Source of the DNA: Rhodoferax sp. UBA6134
GTDB taxonomy: Bacteria > Pseudomonadota > Gammaproteobacteria > Burkholderiales > Burkholderiaceae_C
Length of the DNA: 64,000 bases
Assembly (NCBI GenBank): GCA_002422455.1
Contig: DIVK01000060.1
Location: forward strand, 13,428-77,427
Reading direction: 5' to 3'
The notes under the pieces were generated by a model. The model saw only the letters and a program-made list of their open reading frames with translations, made no database searches and had not been told where the DNA came from. A program made the translations under genes and the position numbers. Below are positions 59,403-64,000 of the stretch, piece after piece; within the stretch, counting starts at the first letter, position 1; the number at the start of each line of letters is the position of its first letter.

Positions 59403-60704
59403 ATGACGGAAGTGCAGACGGAGTTGGTTGAGGTCAATCGGTTGGGGATAGGCATGTTCATAGATCTCGAACTGGGCTGGATGTCGCACCCCTTTCCCAA
59501 GGGAAGTTTCAAAATTTCTTCCGAAAAACAGATCGAGATCATTCGGGGTCTGGGCCTCAGTCGTGTGCGCTACTTGCCGGGAAAAAGCGACCTGAGGCCC
59601 GGTTTGCCTGTCACCAAAGTACCTGAGTCCGTCGTTGACAGCAGCCTGGCAGCGGAATCCGAATTGCTGCGGATCAAGGAGCAGGAGATGCTCCTGCGCA
59701 AGCAAAGAAACGAGTTGCTGGATGCGCAGCAACGAGGTCTGGCGGTGTGTGAACGCCGGTTTGGCAACGCCATGCGTCAGTACAGGTCGACTGTAGAGCA
59801 GGCCAGCTCGAAACCCCGCGCAACCATGGAGCAGTGTCTTGAACTGATCAACACGTACGTTGCGGACGTATCGGGGGTGGGTGAGTCGGCCATTCGTCTG
59901 TTGTCTGAAGGAATGGGCGACAAGGCCGCCATGCACCCGGTCAACGTGACTGTTGTTTCCCTCCTTTTGGGCAAGTCCATGGGCTTGCCGCAGCCGGACC
60001 TGGTTGAGTTGGGAATGGCTGCGTTCTTGCACGATATCGGCAAATTCCAGTTGCCCGACCGGGTGCGCTGGCGGGAAGAAAATTTTTCATCGGCCGAATA
60101 CAAGTTGTACCAGGAGCATGTCGGACAGGGCGTCACATTGGCGCAGCGCATGGGTTTGACGGCCGGGGCGTTGCAGGCCATTGCCCAGCACCATGAGTTG
60201 ATGGACGGCAATGGTTTTCCCGCCCGGCTCAAGGGCGAAAGCCTGTCCATGCCCGCGAAGATACTGGGGCTGGTGAACCGCTACGACAACCTGTGCAACC
60301 CGGGTCGACCGGCCGCTGCCGTGACACCGCATGAGGCCCTGGCGCTGATCTTCGCCCAGTTCAAGGTGCATTTCGACAGCGTGGTTCTCAGCGCATTTAT
60401 CCGCATGATGGGGGTGTATCCCGTGGGTTCGGTTGTGCAACTGGTCGATGGTCGTTTCGCTCTGGTGGTGTCGACCAATTCCTCGCGACCGCTCAAGCCG
60501 CGGATTGTGGTGCATGATCCCGATGTGTCAAAGCATGAAGCGCTGATTCTGGACCTGGAGCAGGTGCCCGAGGTTGGTATCCGGCGCAGTCTCAAACCGG
60601 CCAGCTTGCCCAGGGCGGCCATGGATTACCTATCGCCCCGTCAGCGGATTTGTTATTTTTTTGAAAGAGCGATTGATCCTTCATGTGCCGGGGTGGCATT
60701 GTGA
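59403..60704 (+). CDS. DUF3391/HD-GYP c-di-GMP phosphodiesterase-like protein
   Basis: GWMSHPF N-terminal domain; LHDIGK; HHELMDGNGFP; GVYPVG. Confidence 0.87.
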   Translation: MTEVQTELVEVNRLGIGMFIDLELGWMSHPFPKGSFKISSEKQIEIIRGLGLSRVRYLPGKSDLRPGLPVTKVPESVVDSSLAAESELLRIKEQEMLLRKQRNELLDAQQRGLAVCERRFGNAMRQYRSTVEQASSKPRATMEQCLELINTYVADVSGVGESAIRLLSEGMGDKAAMHPVNVTVVSLLLGKSMGLPQPDLVELGMAAFLHDIGKFQLPDRVRWREENFSSAEYKLYQEHVGQGVTLAQRMGLTAGALQAIAQHHELMDGNGFPARLKGESLSMPAKILGLVNRYDNLCNPGRPAAAVTPHEALALIFAQFKVHFDSVVLSAFIRMMGVYPVGSVVQLVDGRFALVVSTNSSRPLKPRIVVHDPDVSKHEALILDLEQVPEVGIRRSLKPASLPRAAMDYLSPRQRICYFFERAIDPSCAGVAL

Positions 60705-63106
60705 CGCCGCACGCCCTGCGGCCGTTGATTGACGGTTTGCTGGAGGCGGTCTGGCTGGTGGACCCGGTCTCCCTTCGCATCCTCTGCGTCAACCGCGTGG
60801 CAGGTGACCTGCTCGGTCTCGCGCCGGAGGACTTGCTGGACAAACCGGCCATTGAACTGACCGTCACGCCGGAAGACCAGTTCTTCTGGGAGGATGTCGC
60901 TGCGGGCCTGAGCGATGGCATTCATTCGGAAACCCTGTTGCGGGGTGCCGATGGTGTTGCCGTGCCGGTGGAGCGTCGTGTCAGCCGGGTCTGGTTTGAG
61001 GCGGAGCGTGCGGTGTATGTGGTTGGCCTGCGCGACTTGCGTCAACAGCGTCACGTCGAGGATGAGCTGGAAAAGCTGCTGGCCGAGTTGCGGGCCACGC
61101 TGGAGTCAACGGCCGACGGCATTCTGGTCAGCGACCTGAAGGGATCCATTCGCAACTACAACCGGCATTTTGCCGCGTTGTGGGACGTACCCGAAGACCT
61201 GTTGTTGAATCGGGATGACAAGGCCCTGTATGCCCATCTCGCCAGCCGGGTGCTGGATTGCGGAGCCTACGCGAGGCGGCTTTTGGAGATTGCAGACAGT
61301 CCCTTGCTGGAGACCTCGGATATCCTGGTCTTGCGCACAGGACGCGTGCTGGAGCGGGTTACACGGCCGCAATACAGCAGGGGCCAGCCAACCGGCCGGG
61401 TTTTTTCATTTCGCGACGTCACGCAAAGCATCGACGCCGAGTCCAGGCTGCGCCTGGCTGCGCAGGTTTTTGAGTCGAGTCTGGATGCCATTTTCATCAC
61501 CGCCCCCGATTTCCGCATCCTCGCCGTCAATCCGGTGTGCGTGGGGTTGGCAGAAAGTCCCAAGGCGCAGTTGATCGGGGCATCATCCCGGGAATTGTTT
61601 CATGATCCGCACGATCCCGAATTTTTCACGCGCGTGCAGCAGAAGTTGACCGACGAGGGTTTTTGGCGCGGTCAGGTGTGGCTCAACAAAAAAAATCAGA
61701 CAAGCTGTCCGGTCCAGGTTTCCTGGATTCTGTTGCGTGATGCGCAGGGCGCGGTTTTGCACACCATTGGTTTCTTCAAGGACTTGACGGAGGAGCTGGC
61801 GGCGCAAAAGCGCATTGAGCAGTTGGCCTACAGCGACGCCTTGACGGGTTTGCCTAACCGTTTACTGTTGTCGCAGCGCGTTGATTTCGCCCTGCGCATG
61901 GCCGAGAGAAACGGCACGGAGGCCGGTGTTTTCTTTATTGATATCGACCGCTTCAAGAATATCAACGATTCCATGGGACACGCGTTCGGTGATCGTGTTC
62001 TGCTCGACGTGGCCGAGCGCATCAAGCGTTGTTTGCGTGACATCGACACTTTGTGCCGCCTCGGTGGTGACGAGTTCGTCATCTTTTTTCAGGAAATTGA
62101 CGCTCACGGCGCTGAAATATTGGCGCGCCGGATTCTTGACTCCATGGGGCGGCCGTTTCAGGTGGATGAGGTGAGTTTTTCCGTTGGCTGCAGCATTGGC
62201 ATCGCGCTCTATCCGGAGGATGGCCGATCCCTTGATGAGTTGATCAAATGCGCCGACACTGCGATGTATCTGGTCAAGGAGCGCGGACGCGGAAGTTTTC
62301 GTTTCTATCAGCCGCAGATGAATGTGGACCTGCTGTCCCACATGAAAATGGATCACGCCATGCGCCAGGCCATGGAGAAAGGCTTGTTCCAGTTGCACTA
62401 CCAGCCTCAGGTTTCATTGGTCAACGGGCAACTGCTTGGTGCGGAAGCCTTGATACGGTGGACAGATGCCGAACTCGGCAATGTGTCGCCGGCATTGTTC
62501 ATTCCATTGGCGGAGGAGTCCGGGTTCATTGTTACGCTCGGCAACTGGGTGCTGGAAGAAGCGGTACGGCAAGCCGTATTGTGGCAAGGCCGCGGCACGC
62601 CCGTGACCGTATCGATCAACGTGTCGGCCATGCAATTTCACCAGTCCGATTTTGTGGAGATCGTGGCGAGCGTGTTGAAAATTTCCGGACTGGCGCCGCA
62701 CCTTCTGGAACTGGAATTGACCGAGTCTATTCTGGTCCAGGACATCGACGAGACCCTGGAGCGCCTGCACGCCCTGGCGGCGCTGGGCGTGGTCATGTCC
62801 ATCGATGACTTTGGTACGGGCTATTCCAGTTTGGCCTACCTGAAAAAATTTCCCATCACCAAGCTCAAGATCGATCAATCGTTTGTGCGCGGTTTGCCGC
62901 AGGACGAGAGCGACCGCGCCATTGTCAGTGCCACCATCGGCATGGCACGCGGGCTCAAACTGAAAGTGGTTGCGGAGGGTGTTGAAACCATCGAGCAGAG
63001 GGACTACCTGGCCGGGCTGGAGTGTGAGTCCTTTCAGGGTTACCTGTGTTCACCCGCGTTGCCCGTGGATGAGTTTGAACAACTGATGACGTCCCTGTCG
63101 CAATAG
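60701..63106 (+). CDS. Multi-PAS GGDEF-EAL protein
   Basis: Three PAS domains, DALTGLPNR, RLGGDEF, EAL, DDFGTGYSS; GTG start overlaps the HD-GYP TGA. Confidence 0.93.
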   Translation: MTPHALRPLIDGLLEAVWLVDPVSLRILCVNRVAGDLLGLAPEDLLDKPAIELTVTPEDQFFWEDVAAGLSDGIHSETLLRGADGVAVPVERRVSRVWFEAERAVYVVGLRDLRQQRHVEDELEKLLAELRATLESTADGILVSDLKGSIRNYNRHFAALWDVPEDLLLNRDDKALYAHLASRVLDCGAYARRLLEIADSPLLETSDILVLRTGRVLERVTRPQYSRGQPTGRVFSFRDVTQSIDAESRLRLAAQVFESSLDAIFITAPDFRILAVNPVCVGLAESPKAQLIGASSRELFHDPHDPEFFTRVQQKLTDEGFWRGQVWLNKKNQTSCPVQVSWILLRDAQGAVLHTIGFFKDLTEELAAQKRIEQLAYSDALTGLPNRLLLSQRVDFALRMAERNGTEAGVFFIDIDRFKNINDSMGHAFGDRVLLDVAERIKRCLRDIDTLCRLGGDEFVIFFQEIDAHGAEILARRILDSMGRPFQVDEVSFSVGCSIGIALYPEDGRSLDELIKCADTAMYLVKERGRGSFRFYQPQMNVDLLSHMKMDHAMRQAMEKGLFQLHYQPQVSLVNGQLLGAEALIRWTDAELGNVSPALFIPLAEESGFIVTLGNWVLEEAVRQAVLWQGRGTPVTVSINVSAMQFHQSDFVEIVASVLKISGLAPHLLELELTESILVQDIDETLERLHALAALGVVMSIDDFGTGYSSLAYLKKFPITKLKIDQSFVRGLPQDESDRAIVSATIGMARGLKLKVVAEGVETIEQRDYLAGLECESFQGYLCSPALPVDEFEQLMTSLSQ

Positions 63107-63145
63107 CGGCAGCCCGCTGGTGGCTGAACCCGATGGGGTTTGCGA

Positions 63146-63964
63146 TCACGCAGCGGTCAGGGTCCTGAAAAGCATATAGGCCGCCAGCAGGTACAAGATG
63201 CTGGCGAACACGCGCTTGAGTTGTTTGACCGGGAGCTTGTGCGCCGCCCGGGCGCCCAGTGGCGCGGTCAGTGCGCTGCAGGTTGCAATCACGCCCAGCG
63301 CGGGTAGCCAGATGTAACCCAATGAAAGGGGTGGACGACCTTGCAGGCCGTGGCCGCTGACGATATAGCCAACGACATTGGACAGCGCAATGGGAAAGCC
63401 GAGTGCAGCCGACGTGGCCACCGCGTTGTGAATGGCCACGTTGCACCAGGTCATGAAGGGCACGCTCAAAAAGCCGCCACCGGCACCGACCAGCCCCGAC
63501 AAAAAACCGATCACGCCACCGGCACCGACGAGACCGCCCGCTCCTGGCATCTGACGCGTCGGCGCGGGCCGCCTGTCCAGAAACATCTGGGTCGCCGAGA
63601 AGCTCACGAAGATGGCAAAAATCAGGGACAACCACGAGCCTTTGAGTGTGGAAAAAACCCCCAGACTGGCGACCGCGCCACCCAGCACGATGCCGGGCGC
63701 CAGGCCCTTGACCAGATTCCAGCGTACGAAGCCATGCCGGTGGTGGGCACGCACGCTGGACGCAGACGTGAAGATGATGGTAGCCATGGAGGTGGCAATT
63801 GCCATCTTCACCGCAAGGTCCGCTCCGACCCCCCGTCCCGACAGAATGATGGTGATGAACGGCACCATCGTCATGCCGCCGCCAACGCCCAGCAGGCCGG
63901 CCAGCAATCCGGTGCCCAGGCCCAGCAGGGCAAGTTGAGCGATCAGAAGGGGTTCAAGGTTCAT
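63146..63964 (-). CDS. TauE/SafE sulfite exporter-family membrane protein
   Basis: GLLGVGGG...AIATS; SGLVGAGGG...AVATSAA; start set at MNLEP. Confidence 0.88.
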   Translation of the reverse strand: MNLEPLLIAQLALLGLGTGLLAGLLGVGGGMTMVPFITIILSGRGVGADLAVKMAIATSMATIIFTSASSVRAHHRHGFVRWNLVKGLAPGIVLGGAVASLGVFSTLKGSWLSLIFAIFVSFSATQMFLDRRPAPTRQMPGAGGLVGAGGVIGFLSGLVGAGGGFLSVPFMTWCNVAIHNAVATSAALGFPIALSNVVGYIVSGHGLQGRPPLSLGYIWLPALGVIATCSALTAPLGARAAHKLPVKQLKRVFASILYLLAAYMLFRTLTAA

Positions 63965-64000
63965 GGGGGAGTGGGGAAAATGGGTCTGCAAGTGAGGTGT

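Noticed and set aside
63146-63964. Functional link between TauE and the Glu-less ACAD (sulfite export)
   Set aside because: Separated by about 5 kb of unrelated genes; no evidence of co-regulation

Overview
GC-rich betaproteobacterial chromosome segment; gene content and order look like Comamonadaceae (Rhodoferax/Polaromonas-like; inference). From left to right: (1) the 5' part of a respiratory nitrate reductase locus on the minus strand (narG partial, narK2, narK1, narL, narX), preceded by a thiolase, an SDR, fumC, rluA and a PAS hybrid kinase; (2) GNAT, DUF808, a degenerate HD-GYP protein and a small eRF1-domain-like protein; (3) an accessory block of two operons (GT2 plus ArnT-like transferase; CzcB-CzcA-DUF3240-TolC efflux), each headed by a His-rich leader ORF ending in RPPR; (4) aceA and the thrS-infC-rpmI-rplT-pheST-ihfA-MerR-tRNA-Pro cluster; (5) a lower-GC islet with an intact IS630; (6) NlpC/P60, serB, mfd, ispDF, an Aer-like MCP, a DEDDh exonuclease, an NMO/FabX-like flavoprotein, IS3 relics, tRNA-Asn and thiD; (7) three acyl-CoA dehydrogenase-like genes plus an NMO gene, pfkB, an HD-GYP plus GGDEF-EAL pair and TauE. 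Highlights: the two putative metal-sensing arrest-peptide leaders with anti-SD segments, short palindromic repeats inserted in frame in narG (two different families) and mfd, an ACAD homologue lacking both catalytic glutamates, and a ThrRS with Ala at the conserved FYGPK glycine. No CRISPR array or rRNA seen. All family assignments come from motif recognition, not database searches.
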